Assembly: GCA_024679065.1 (NCBI GenBank) | Contig: JAGIQG010000022.1 | Span: 26,784,001 to 26,848,000, forward strand | DNA from: Sphyrna mokarran | Lineage: Eukaryota | Direction: 5' to 3' | DNA length: 64,000 nucleotides | Shown here: positions 24,624 through 37,496 of the stretch, piece after piece | How positions within the stretch are numbered: the first letter of the stretch is position 1 | Layout of the letters: each line of letters starts with the position of its first letter | Program-made: the position numbers and the translations under genes | The notes under the pieces: model-generated | Told to the model about the DNA's origin: nothing | Databases searched by the model: none | Seen by the model: the letters and a program-made list of their open reading frames with translations, nothing else

Positions 24624-26734
24624 TCCCATGCACACACCGTTCTTTGGAAAGAACGTGTGATAGTGAAGTGACTGCCTGATGTACACAACCTGTTTTAATT
24701 TTCCTTTCCTGCGAAGTCAAAATTTAAAGTTGCCCTCACTTTTTCTATCATGAATCAGCAAGTGAAAACATCAGTCAGTTTTTTTTAAATTCCTTGCTAA
24801 CTGACAGCTACTGAGGCTAATGTTACCTTGCTGCCATTTTATTCAAGATTAGATAATTCAGATAATCCAGATCTGAGGGAGAACTTTGGCTTCAGTACCT
24901 TTGTTAAGGGAGGTAGAATTCGTATCGTGGTTCCAGCTCCTGATTATATATCCTGAAATATTGATATTTTTAGCCTCCAGGTCATGACAATGACGTGGAT
25001 TTTGTGGCAATGATAACATTTAAGGCTATAAGCATTCACTGTTCTTACTTGGCAATTTCTAGTGCTCATTATTAATGTTGTAAGCGCAGTGACAATTGAA
25101 TGCATGCTCTAGCTATAAGTAAGAGCCTCTGGTACTAATTGAGGAAAGGTTAGGATACACAAGAACCAGTTTTCACCTGTGTTAAAGGAGGGAAGCTATG
25201 CAGAAGGGCAAAGTAGTCTACTCTTAGGTTTTACTGAGATTTGTGAATAAAGCTATTATTTTGATGGGTATTTGCTACCCATGGTGTGTACTGCTTAGGC
25301 ACCATTCAGCAGTTTTGTAGAATTTACTAAAGTCTTGAACAATGTACATATTTACAGTAGAGGTACGAAGAAGATTCTATGATATGTTCTCTCATGTTGC
25401 TACCTAGCTCTGCATGACTAGGTCGGATGCTGTTACATCACCAGTGAGCAGCACTGTACTCAGTCTCAGATTAGTCCTTAACATACTGGATCCTTTGACT
25501 ACATCTATATTGAAAACAAACTAGATCCAGCTTCTTCCTTTGTCAAATGAATGTTCATCATCCATCCGGCAAGGGAACATTCACTCTTGCACATTTGAAT
25601 GAAGAAATCTGGAGGTTGCTGCAAGAGAATCCCTGTTCATCCATAGAATATGCTCTAGCAATTCTTGCTGATGGACTGTGCATTGAAATTACTGCAGAAA
25701 GGTGAATTTGCTCATTAATACGGTGTCAAAAAGGTCAAAAATGTTAGAACTGTTGCACTAAAGAACTTATAAATTCTTTAATGAAGTGGTAAGTGCTTAT
25801 TTCTACCAACCAATCTTTACAAACCTGAAAAATGAATTTGCAAGCATGGAGTCTTATTCCCTGAGGATAAAAATAGTGTCAGTAATTTTAAAACAAAGGG
25901 CAGGATTTTATGCTCTCCAAGGCAGGTTCTCAGACAGGGGAGGAGTGTAAATTTGAATGGATAGAACTCTACTCCCTGTCCTGCTCACCTCACAAAACAT
26001 CCCTCCCAAACCCATACACAAGTTCATGCTTGGATAGGCTGGGCCTCAGGTGGTAATCCTGCCCTGGCCCATAAGCGGCTGCTTAAAGGCCTATTCCCAC
26101 CCAGTTTTAAGCTGGCAGAAATGGGCTCAGGTAGAGGGGGAAACAACAGACGCAAAAATTCAGGCAGGAAAGGGGATGCCTCACTCTAAAGGCCCTCTCA
26201 AGAGTTGGGTGCCTCCCTGCCGAGACCTTAGAGCTGTGGGGTTCCTTCCCCGTCCTGCTCCTGGCTTACCACCTGACTCCCCAATTTTGCTCACCTCCTC
26301 ACCACTTCCTGTGTTTCCACCCCCTCCCCCAAAGACCTACCAAGGTATCTCCTACCCTCCTCCTCTCCTGCTCTTGGGATTTAGTTCCAGGCAGAGTGCT
26401 GCAGTACCGCTTCTAGCCACTGCAATGCTATGCCTAGCTGAATTGGAGAGCTGATTGGCTGATGGGTATCTTGGGTGGAATTTCTATCCAAGGACAGGCG
26501 GAAATCCTACCCTGTCGATTAATGTTCAAATAAGCATTAAATAATGGTGGGATTTCTAAAGTTGAAGATAATGCATTACATACTGATCACTCATCCAACC
26601 CAAAGTTTTTAAAAACTTATTGTTTTCCTCATTTGTCTGTCTCTGTTAATTCCATCTGTGTTTCCCAATCATTGCTTTCTAAATGCCATCACCTTACAGT
26701 TATCTTCCAGGCCCCAAATCATCCTGGCTATTGT

Positions 26735-26902
26735 GTTCCTTCAGTGTCACTGGGTCAAAATCCTGGAACATCTCCCCACGCACCCCCCCCAACACCACAT
26801 GGAGCTGCAGCGATTCAAGAAGGCAGCTCACCACCACCTTCTCAAGTGCAAGTAGGGATGGGCAATAAATGCTGGCCTTGTCAGCAGAATGAATAAAAAG
26901 AA
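26735..26902 (+). mobile_element. LINE-like 3' end sharing its tail with the second SINE family
   Basis: gggtcaaaatcctggaac...cagcgattcaagaaggcagctcaccaccaccttctcaag..agggatgggcaataaatgctggcc; other copies at ~1440-1600 (-), ~32055-32230 (-) and ~62995-63235 (-). Confidence 0.7.
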
Positions 26903-27471
26903 CATCATTTAAACCTAATTAATATTTCCTGTTTTTTGTATGTTCTGGTTTGGACTGCGTGTCACAATGAAGATTCTGCAATCTAAGTAGTCACACAAGA
27001 TTGAAGAGCCAGACTGTTTCTTGCCCTGCTCACAGGTTCTGTTAATCCTCTGTCAAGGTCTCATGTTGAAAAAGCATCAGATTAGAAGAAATCTGTATTG
27101 AGAATCTCATGAACACTGTGACCATTCAGCAAGTGCTGTTCCTTTGTTGTTGACCATACAATCGAGACCTAGATCAGCATCTGCTAAATTGCTTTCCAAG
27201 ATCAAATTATCCCCTATTTCATTACAGGAAGCAATATACCAATGTTTGATCTTATCATATTTGGGCATAGAAATTGGATGTCACTACATGAGTTTTCTAG
27301 GAAAGAATCAGATTCCTAAGCCCACACTTTCTTATTTTCAGGGCACCTTACCTGGTGGGGGTGGGGGGGCTATTATCACCCCAAATATACACGGGGATGC
27401 CCACCTTCGAGTTCCCCACATAAGAATTGCATAGCAATTGCCCAGGAACTTCAGACTTCCATTGGATAATT

Positions 27472-27765
27472 GGGCAGCAAGGTGGCACAGTGGTTAGCAC
27501 TGCTGCCTCTCAGCTCCAGGGACCTGGGTTCAATTCCAGCCCCGGGTCTGTATGGAGTTTCCACATTCTCCTCATGTCTGCATGGGTTTCCTCTGGATGA
27601 TCCCACAGAGATGCAGGTTAGGTGAACTGGCCATGCTAAATTGCCCCTTAGTGTCCCATTAGCCCAAGGAAATGTGTGGAATTATGTGGGTAAGGTGTGG
27701 GGCAGGGATACTCTGTTAAAGAGTCAGTGCAGACTCAATGGGCCTCATTGTAAGGATTCTATGAA
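27472..27765 (+). mobile_element. V-SINE (HE1-like), tail type A (CR1-like)
   Basis: A and B boxes, V core, ends gtaaggattctatga. Confidence 0.88.
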
Positions 27766-27949
27766 TTGTCCTGCACTGGGAACTATCCAAATCTCCAATT
27801 TAAATCTCAAACTTTGGATTGGTTTGAATATCTCACAATAATAGATATCCAAATATAGAAGGATTAATAACACTTCTAAGTCCTGAGTAACTGATTCCAC
27901 CTCTCCAAATCCTTATGTAACTCTCCACAGTGTCCTAATCCTCCATGAG

Positions 27950-28420
27950 AACCTGCACCCACCCAACCCTGACTGGCCTCTCCACTTCTGACTGCCCCTC
28001 CACCTGACTGAGTCAAGGTTCCTTCACCCAACTAACAGTTGGAACCCCCCCCCCCCCCCCCCCCCCACCAACCATCCACCCATGGGGCTCTTCCCAACCT
28101 CCTTGAACTGCAACAGGAACCTTTGACTAGACCCACCTCTGTTACCCTCCCTACCCCCATCCCACTTGCTGCCTACCCTAGCCCTGTTACTACTCTTTTC
28201 AGCCCCAATTACCTTCACTAACTACTCCCCCCAACCACCTAAATTATCTCTGATCACACCCACACTGACCACATCCCAGAGTGACAGCCTCCCCACTGAC
28301 CACTGACAACTCCATCCATATTGACCACCTGCCCAACCCCAACTGTCCACATCCTCCAACCCCTGTCAACCACGTGTCCGCCATTCTACCCACTTAGCCA
28401 TTACCCCGAGTGGCTGGGCA
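27950..28420 (+). repeat. C-rich low-complexity tract including a long poly-C run at ~28044-28066
   Basis: Strong C skew with recurring ccacc and ctgac words. Confidence 0.6.
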
Positions 28421-29861
28421 TTCACACCTATCCTGTAGTGCCATCAAAAGGGGTGGTGTCTTTGTTACTTTCACCTTGCCTCCTTCGACACATGTCCTCG
28501 GGGACCCACTGCATTCCACCTTCCTTACATGGCCTGAGTTGGGAGGTCGGGTGAGAGAGACAGAACTATGTTTTGGTGTAAGTAAATAGGAATGAATTAG
28601 CAATCTGACACTGATTGCCAATCCACAAAAGTTTTGGCCCTTAGTCATGCATATTCCACCTGCACAGGACTCATTTTAATTAATAGAGAACGATTTTTTA
28701 AATTTGTCTGTCGATAACAGTGCATTAGAAAGCTAACAGCGTTTGAACAAAAGCTCTAGTTAGATCCATATTGTAGAGGTGACCATATCTGAAAGAATGC
28801 AACAAGGTTGCCATAGGAACTGCAGACTTTTCCGTTGCTCTTGGGAATCTCCTTTATGGATCAATGATTTCTAAGGTTAATGACAGCATGCTGCGATGAA
28901 CCAGCCTATGAGATCTAATCACCACCAACAAGGTTGACATTTTTTTGGGTTTACTCAGGTTAAGTGTGCAAAACAGCTGGACTGATTTGATGTTGTATAG
29001 CACATGCATTTTTATTTTATTGATAAGATTTCGAGCACTGCTCGGGACAACTCCAGGCTGGGAGTGATGGCTGTCTTGTAACAAAATGAAGAAGCGCAGT
29101 CTTGATTGTGACAACATTGCTGAAGTAATATAAAAAAAACTTGGTTCGTGAGGACGTCTTCATTAAAGATTTAATAAAATTAGATTTAATGCTGATTAAA
29201 AGCACTTTTCCTTTTCCACAGTTCATTGTTTTCAAAGCTATCTGGCAAAGGTGTCCCTAGAGATGATGGATCTTGGATCTCATTGCTGTTGAAGCCAGCC
29301 TCAGCTTTGATATCTGGTTTTCGACTAGCTCATCTGCTTCAGAACTTGTTCATTAAATTCCAAAGGTGTTTCAAAACTTGACAAGGATGTATTCTGTATT
29401 TCTTCTTGTGAAATTTACTCTGTCTTGCGTCTGATAGTACTTGTGCAGGGCTGGGGATGTGTGTGTGGGGACGGGGGTATGTAGGAGGGGGGAGCAAGTA
29501 GTAGAATTCTACCCTGAACAATATTTGGCAGAAACTTCAATATTCATTTGTCAACTTGGGTAACTAAATATATTTCAATTACTTTGTAGTTCCTTTAATC
29601 CAACAAAATAAGTCACTGTCCCCCATTCTGCTAACTTCTGAGGGCAAGTTCGTCACTAGTTTAATTTTTAAAATATCTCTTAGGAATTGTCACTTTGAAA
29701 GCAGTTTAAGAAAATCAATAAACAGTATTGGATCAAACTAACCAAGAATTTTTGAAATAGACCTTAAATCAAAACTGTTAAATTCAGAATGGATTGCAGG
29801 ATCTTGAAAATGTGGGATTATGTTAAAATATCTGTCTTTCAATATATCCACCGCTAATGCT

Positions 29862-30168
29862 TTGAATTGATTTTATTATTGTCACATGTATTAGTATACA
29901 GTGAAAAGTATTGTTTCTTGCATGCTATACAGAGAAAGCATGCCATTCAAAAAGAAGGAAAGAAGAGGGTGCTGAATGTGGTGTTACAATCATAGCTAGA
30001 GTGTAGAGAAAAATCAGATTCATATATAGTAGGTCCATTCAAAGGTCTGATGGCAGCAGGAAAGAAACTGTTCTTGAGTTTGTTGGTACGTGACCTCAGA
30101 CCTTTGCAAATTTTTCCTGATGGAAGGAGGTGGAAGAGAGAAGCCTGGGATGTGTAGGGTCCTTGATT
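29862..30168 (-). mobile_element. Rex1/Babar-like LINE 3' fragment
   Basis: Same 3' UTR and tail (catgtgacaataataaaatcaa). Confidence 0.8.
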
Positions 30169-33100
30169 AACATTGTATAACTTTGTAATATCTCAAGCAC
30201 TTGACAGCCATTCGCTTTTGAAGTTTAGTGATTGCTTTTATGTAGCATCTCAGTCAATGCTTTGCACAAGTTGAGTGACTGGACGATTAATTCAGCTGAG
30301 AAGATTGACTTCAGTGCCTCTGTGTAACTCAGAGCAAGGTGGATAACCTGTCAGCTTTGTCTGTGAGCTGAGGACCTTGTATTGTGTGCCCTAGTGGGAA
30401 AAAAAGACTGAAACCTAATCGCATGTCTGGCATATTCTGACATGGAACTCTGCAAAATCTTAAATCTATAACATTGATGTGCAATGAATTTCAGTGACAG
30501 TAGTAGCAAGCTAGTCATGGATGTGATGTTCAATAATTAGGTGGAAAAGAATGTCATGTCATTCAAGCCCATCCAGTAGATTCTGCTAAAGAGAAGTCTG
30601 TATACTTTTGACTTTGACTAAAATTAAAATCTCAATTCACACTGATAATTGAATTTTTAATATATTTTTGCCAGACCTTATTTGTCTTCAGCTACATTAG
30701 TATTTAAATAATGACATGTAGCATACGTACAAGGTTTCATTATGAGCTAGAATATTCCACAACAGACATCTCCAAAGATTTTGATGGGATCAGATAAAGA
30801 AGCTCCTGTGAGTCATTTGTGAACACACTTTTTCAAAGATCTAACACCTGAGTTTTATTTTAAAAAAGCTTGTTAAATGTATATCCGATGAAATGGATGC
30901 TTGCCAGAACCTAATACTGTGTCTGTTGGCCATTGCCCTCACTCAATTCTGAATGGCAAATTAGCTAGTGGGTGAATAATTAACACTGGGAAGTGTGGAT
31001 TGTGAGTAACTCGCAGGTTTTGTTTTGTTGCATGCATTAGTTTGCCATTAAGCAGATCATTTGCTGTTTTTGAAAAAAACACAACTCATGAAAATATGAG
31101 CCCGGGAGAGTCTTGATAGATATTATCCAGCAGAGATACCTACGTGGAGAGACCCTACACAGAGTACAGAAGACATTATCTAAAAGCTTATAGCTCCCTC
31201 AGAATAACGTAGCTTAGTTGCAACACTTCTGGAGGAAGATACAAAGGAGTTTTCTGGAATCATTACCATTGATTAAAGCTTAACAAAGGTAAGAAATTGG
31301 TTCATCTAATCTTCTGTACAAACTTCAAAACTGGAGCATTTTTTTTAATACCTGTGCAGAATTTTGAACACACTAACATACCCTGTGCTCAAAAGGCAAA
31401 AAACATGACGCTAAGCAAAAAAGAACCATCAAATTTGTTCATTCAGATCTCTCATCAACTTCTAAAATAAGTAGGATGAAGTCCCAGAGAACTGAAACAA
31501 GCTTCCTAATTAGCCTGCCTTGGTATATGTCTGCCCCTGTGGCCACATAGGATCTGTTTCCAGTTTCAGCTGGCCTGACTCATTCCTGACCTCACCACCC
31601 CGGAATGCAGATCAGGTTTAATGAGAACTTTTGAAACCAAAATGGATATATTGAGTCATGATATTTCCCAACTCGAGCTATCTGCCTCTGTGGCACAAAT
31701 CCAGCCATCAGTATCTAACTGTCTTTCCTCAGATCCATCACAGTTCAAAGCAGAAGAAAGGAAGGTGGTGATAGTTAATGAGGAGGCTGCTAAGAACCTA
31801 GTCAGAGTGGCAACTCTCAGGATAGTAGCACAGGCAGCCCTCGAGACATCCCTCTCCTTGCAATACACCATTGGAACACGGGAAGTAATTCGAGTAGCAA
31901 GGCAGCCTGAGATTTCTGTATGGTTATTTGGCCTATCATTCTTGCCTACTATATTCCTCTAATGTGAGTGTAATCTAAAATTGTATTTTTCTTTGATTCC
32001 CATCCTTTTTCTTTTCCGGGCAACTATCTTGATTCTCAATTTAAATAATTAATGATATCTTCATGAGTTGTGGGCATCATGGGCCAGGCCAGTGTTTAAT
32101 GATGATTGCTAATCGCCCTTGAGAAGGTGGTGGTGAGCTGCTGCCTTGGCCACTGCAGGCAACATGGTGTAGTTACACCCAGGGAGAGAGTTCCAAGATT
32201 TTGACCCAGTGACAGTAAAGGAACAGTGGAACCAAATTCTGATATCACAAACAGTTTTGGACAGAAAATGTCACATTCTAACCACGCTCCACATGTAGAG
32301 AATTCATTTATAAACATTAATCTGTGTAATTCTTGACTGTGGCATCAATGACAGTTGTTCGGTAGGGGGCTTCCACTGTGCACAATGTACTCTGACTGGA
32401 GGGTAAACCCCTCCCTCCCCGAGTCCGCAGTGGTTGCCAGGGACTCCCTGGTGGCCTTGCAATGCGGCGTAAGCATCACCAGCGGTGATGGGATGAAGTC
32501 ATTAAGTGGCCATTATTTGACCACTGAAAGGCCTGAACTGGCCCAAAGGCAGGTGATAGTTTGCCATGTATCCTGCCATTGGTAAAATTCCAGCAGAGGC
32601 AGATAGGTGATGGGCAAAGTGTCCCTGGCTGTGCCAGGCAATAGCACAACCTCCAACCTGCTCACTTGCACTAGGGAGGGAAGGGGGAGACACAAAATTC
32701 CAGGCGTTGGAATTGGTCATGATCCTAAATGTTTATATTAAATCATCCTTAGTCTTCTCAGCTTTGATTCTGAAAATATCAATAACTTTTCAGGTTTTGC
32801 TTCTCAAGATTGACTTGTTTCCTCCTGATAGTGTCCTTGCAATTATACATTGCATCTTTAATAATGATTAGCTTGAACCCATGGCTTGGGATCTTATACA
32901 CGTTAAGTGTTACCTCCTGTTCTATAGTTACGGATCTAAAGCTCAGGATTCTTTTTAAATTTTATGTTCATTTAAATTTCCACTTTCCATTGTTTGCGTA
33001 TCTTCATGATGAAGTTCTTAAGCTACACTATTCTGTTAAAATATATCTTCACTTGTAAGATTCTAATGTTTCCGTTTTACTTCCAAATGTGTTATTTTGT

Positions 33101-34949
33101 ATTTGTTTTACTTTGAACTGCATCTCCCACTAGTCCTGCCATCCCTTGTCTTCTGCACTTACTAATTCCCAATAGATTTCGTCAACTTTCAGTATCATTT
33201 CCTTGCTTTCTCTAACAGTTAGTAGCGAGCTCAAGATCCCCCTCTATAGGACATCACTCATTCTAGGAAATGTCTTTTTATCTTGCTTCTCTGCTTTTTG
33301 CCCTACAGCAACATAAACTTGGCTTTAAGCTGTGATTTCAATATTGTAACATGCAAGATGTGTTACAAAAATGTTGTCAAACAACATTTAGCACTGATCC
33401 AAATGAGGAGGGATTAGTTTAGGAGGCCAAACAGGTAAGCTTTAAGGAGTCTCTTAGAGACGGAGATATGGTGATGTTTATGGAGGAGAAATACAGAGCA
33501 TAGTACCTTGGTGGCTGAAGACATGATCACCTGTGGTGTAGTGATAAATATTGGGGATGTGCTAGAGACCAGAATTGGAGGGGCAGCAAGATCTCAGGTA
33601 ATTGTATGGCTACAGCTGGTTACAGTTCTTTCCAAGTTTGATGCTACTCTGATTCCATGTGCTTGAAATTGACTCTTAAGTTATTAAACAGATAGTCTAC
33701 CTGGTTCACTAATGTTCTTTAGGGAAGGAAATCTGCTATTCTTATCTGGTCTGACCTACATGTGACTCCAGACCTATAGCAATGTGGTTGACTCTGCAGG
33801 GATGGGTAATAAATATTGGCCTGGTCACTGATGCACACATCCCATGAACATTTTTTTTTAAATAATAATGTTAATGTTAAAACATTGGGTGCCTTTATTC
33901 AGTTGGCCTATGGAGGAACTTTGCCATCCAAGGCTTTAAATAATGCAGCCGTGACTGTACTTGCCAGACCCAATGTAGTTTTTATTGTCTGAAATTGAAA
34001 CCATGGTGCGAAATAAATTGAGCTAACCACTTCTGATTCTACTTCAAATAATTCAAAGCTGTGAAGAAATTTTGAAGGGATAAAGGGATGTAGTTTCACA
34101 TAAATCTGAGTCAGTATCTGACAGCTGCAAATGTAATATGTTACCTGAACTGAGACAAATGCTGGTCTGTTTAATACTTTTATTATCAGATCCAGCTGAT
34201 GTGTCTGGGACTTGCTGTTTTTTTATCAAACGTATGAAGGGACGTTTTCTCTCAATTGCCTTCCTCATGTTTGAGCCTTTCTCTGCTGTTGCATCTGATC
34301 ACTTCTGGTGTTTACTGTGACTCTTAATTGTCCAGAAATATGTTTTCGATTTCTTCTTATAACAGAAAATTTGATTGAATATTTGGCTGTGTGGGACTGA
34401 AGTACAATGTCTACACACTGGCTGTTTTATTCATTCTAGTCTGAAGAAAAATAACTTAGTCAAATGAGCAGACAAATGTAGAGTTAGCAGAGAGCTGTTT
34501 TCAACAAAGTTAGAAGAAGTTAATTGCGCCAAAGGTGTACTTCGCCCACAAAGTCGATATGTTTAATAATATTGTCCTTTCTGTTATTTAATTTTCAATC
34601 CATCAAATCCTACTTTTAAACCATTAATTGTGGTGGTGAGGGGGGGATGGTGGTGGGGGGAGACAAAGATAAAATGATGCAGCTTGACTGTGGCTTGTAT
34701 TCAATATTATTGATGCACTCAGCACTTCTTGAAAAATGGCTATACTAAGGTGTATATTGTTGGATTGTAAATTGATTCCTTCAAAACCTTACCATAGCTG
34801 TTGATCATTGTCAAGCTTTACAGAGCTAGAAAACATTCTTTCTCATCAACTCCCTTGCTTTGAAATTCTGTGAAAATTTTCTACAAGTCTTCAACCATGT
34901 TTTCATGACCCAGGTTTGTACCCACTTCTCTCCTCACTCGCCTTTTGTT

Positions 34950-35183
34950 CTACTCTCTGCCCTTTCCCTCATCAAAGCATCAATGGGGTCATGCCTGTGA
35001 TTATAGTGCTCCATTCTCCTGTGGCTTTTCCAATGCAGTTGGCAACTTCATTCTTCATTCCCAATTCTTTAGCTTCAGTGTCAATGCTGCAACTTTGTTC
35101 CATTTCTACCTGCTACAACAATACCAGTACATTTCCTGTGTTGGTATTTCAATCTTCGCTGTATGGTCATGTTTGGCATGCCT
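34950..35183 (+). mobile_element. Ancient L2-like LINE RT relic, left part
   Basis: Degenerate FHFYLLQQYQYIS...VMFGMP, resembling WFxSYLxxRxQxV...GVP. Confidence 0.55.
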
Positions 35184-36492
35184 ATAGAACATAAAACACT
35201 ACAGCACAAACAGGCCCTTCGGCCCACAAGTTGTGCCGAACACATCAAAACCTACCCAGCCATAGACCTATCTATAACCCCCAATCCCATTGGATCCCAT
35301 ATACTCATCCAGAAGTCTTTTAAAAGATCCCAGCGAGTTCGCCTCGACCACCACCGACGGCAGCCGATTCCATTCACTCACCACCCTCTGAGTGAAAAAC
35401 TTTTCCCTAGCATCCCCTCTGTACTTGCTTCCCTGCACCTTAAATCTGTGCCCTCTCGTCGCGACCATTTCAGCCCTGGGAAATAGTCTCTGAGAGTCCA
35501 CCCTATCTATTCCTCTCAACATCTTGTAAACCTCTATCAGGTCGCCTCTCAACCTTCGTCTCTCCAGGGAGAACAGTCCCAGCTCCCTCAACCTGTCTTC
35601 ATAAGGCATGCCTCCCAATCCAGGCAACATCCTTGTAAATCTCCTCTGCACCCTTTCAATAGCTTCCACGTCCTTCCTATAGTGAGGCGACCAGAACTGC
35701 GCACAGTACTCCAAGTGTGGTCTGACAAGGGTCCTATAAAGCTGCAGCATTACCTCCTGACTCCTGAACTCAATCCCTCAATGAATGAAGGCCAGTACAC
35801 CGTAAGCTTTCTTAACCACATCTTCCACCTGGGAGGCCGATTTGAGAGTCTTATGGACCCGGACCCCAAGATCCCTCTGCTCTTCCACACAGCTAAGACT
35901 CCTACCTTTGATAGTGTACTCATTCATCCCGTTGGATCTGCCAAAATGGACCACAACACATTTATCCGCGTTGAAGTCCATCTGCCACTTCTCCGCCCAG
36001 TCTTGCATCCTGTCGATGTCATGCTGCAACTTCTGACATCCCTCCAGACCATCCACAACACCACCGACCTTCGTGTCATCGGCGAACTTACTCACCCATC
36101 CCTCCACTTCCTTATCCAGGTCATTTATGAAAATGACAAACAGCAAGGGTCCTAGAACAGATCCCTGGGGCACTCCACTGGTGACCGACCTCCATGCAGA
36201 AAAAGAGCCATCCACAACCACCCTCTGCCTTCTGCAGGCAAGCCAGTTCTGGATCCACAAGGCCAAAGCCCCTTGGATCCCATGGCCTCTCACCTTTTCA
36301 AGAAGTCTTGCATGTGGGACCTTGTCAAATGCCTTGCTGAAGTCCATGTACACCACGTCCACTGCTCTTCCTTCGTCAATGTGTTCAGTCACATTTTCGA
36401 AGAACTCAATTAAGCTCGTAAGGCACGACCTGCCTTTTACAAAACCATGCTGATTATTTCTAATCAACCTAAACTTCCAACTCCAAATGCTC
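35184..36492 (-). mobile_element. Young CR1 LINE, 3' part of the host copy (RT domain to 3' tail)
   Basis: ORFs 35778..36467 and 35268..35750 contain QHGF, DFSKAFDKVPH, GVPQGSVLGP, KFADD and RPHLEYC. One CGA>TGA stop separates them. Tail is (TTCTATG)n-like at 35184. Confidence 0.95.
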
Positions 36493-36495
36493 CAC

Positions 36496-37496
36496 TCACC
36501 AGTGGAGTGCCCCAGGGATCTGTTCTAGGACCCTTGCTGTTTGTCATTTTCATAAATGACCTGGATGAGGAAGTGGAGGGATGGGTGAGTAAGTTCGCCG
36601 ATGACACGAAGGTCGGTGGTGTTGTGGATGGTCTGGAGGGATGTCAGAAGTTGCAGCATGACATCGACAGGATGCAAGACTGGGCGGAGAAGTGGCAGAT
36701 GGACTTCAACGCGGATAAATGTGTTGTGGTCCATTTTGGCAGATCCAACGGGATGAATGAGTACACTATCAAAGGTAGGAGTCTTAGCTGTGTGGAAGAG
36801 CAGAGGGATCTTGGGGTCCGGGTCCATAAGACTCTCAAATCGGCCTCCCAGGTGGAGGATGTGGTTAAGAAAGCTTACGGTGTACTGGCCTTCATTCATC
36901 GAGGGATTGAGTTCAGGAGTCAGGAGGTAATGCTGCAGCTTTATAGGACCCTTGTCAGACCACACTTGGAGTACTGTGCGCAGTTCTGGTCGCCTCACTA
37001 TAGGAAGGACGTGGAAGCTATTGAAAGGGTGCAGAGGAGATTTACAAGGATGTTGCCTGGATTGGGAGGCATGCCTTACGAAGACAGGTTGAGGGAGCTG
37101 GGACTGTTCTCCCTGGAGAGACGAAGGTTGAGAGGCGACCTGATAGAGGTTTGCAAGATGTTGAGAGGAATAGATAGGGTGGACTCTCAGAGACTATTTC
37201 CCAGGGCTGAAATGGTCGCGACGAGAGGGCACAGATTTAAGGTGCAGGGAAGCAAGTACAGAGGGGATGCTAGGGGAAAGTTTTTCACTCAGAGGGTGGT
37301 GAGTGAATGGAATCGGCTGCCGTCGGTGGTGGTCGAGGCGAACTCGCTGGGGTCTTTTAAAAGACTTCTGGATGAGTATATGGGATCCAATGGGATTGGG
37401 GGTTATAGATAGGTCTATGGCTGGGTAGGTTTTGATGTGTTCGGCACAACTTGAGGGCCGAAGGGCCTGTTTGTGCTGTAGTGTTCTATGTTCTAT
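36496..37496 (+). mobile_element. Young 5'-truncated CR1 LINE inserted antisense into the host CR1
   Basis: Open frame TSGVPQGSVLGP...KFADD...GIGGYR, then 3' UTR and gtgttctatgttctat tail; near-identical inverted copy of 35184-36184. Confidence 0.95.

Noticed and set aside
24240-24720. ORFs spanning the X run
   Set aside because: Artefacts of the N gap.
27472-27545. tRNA gene
   Set aside because: The A and B boxes belong to a SINE head; there is no full cloverleaf and it runs into the SINE core.
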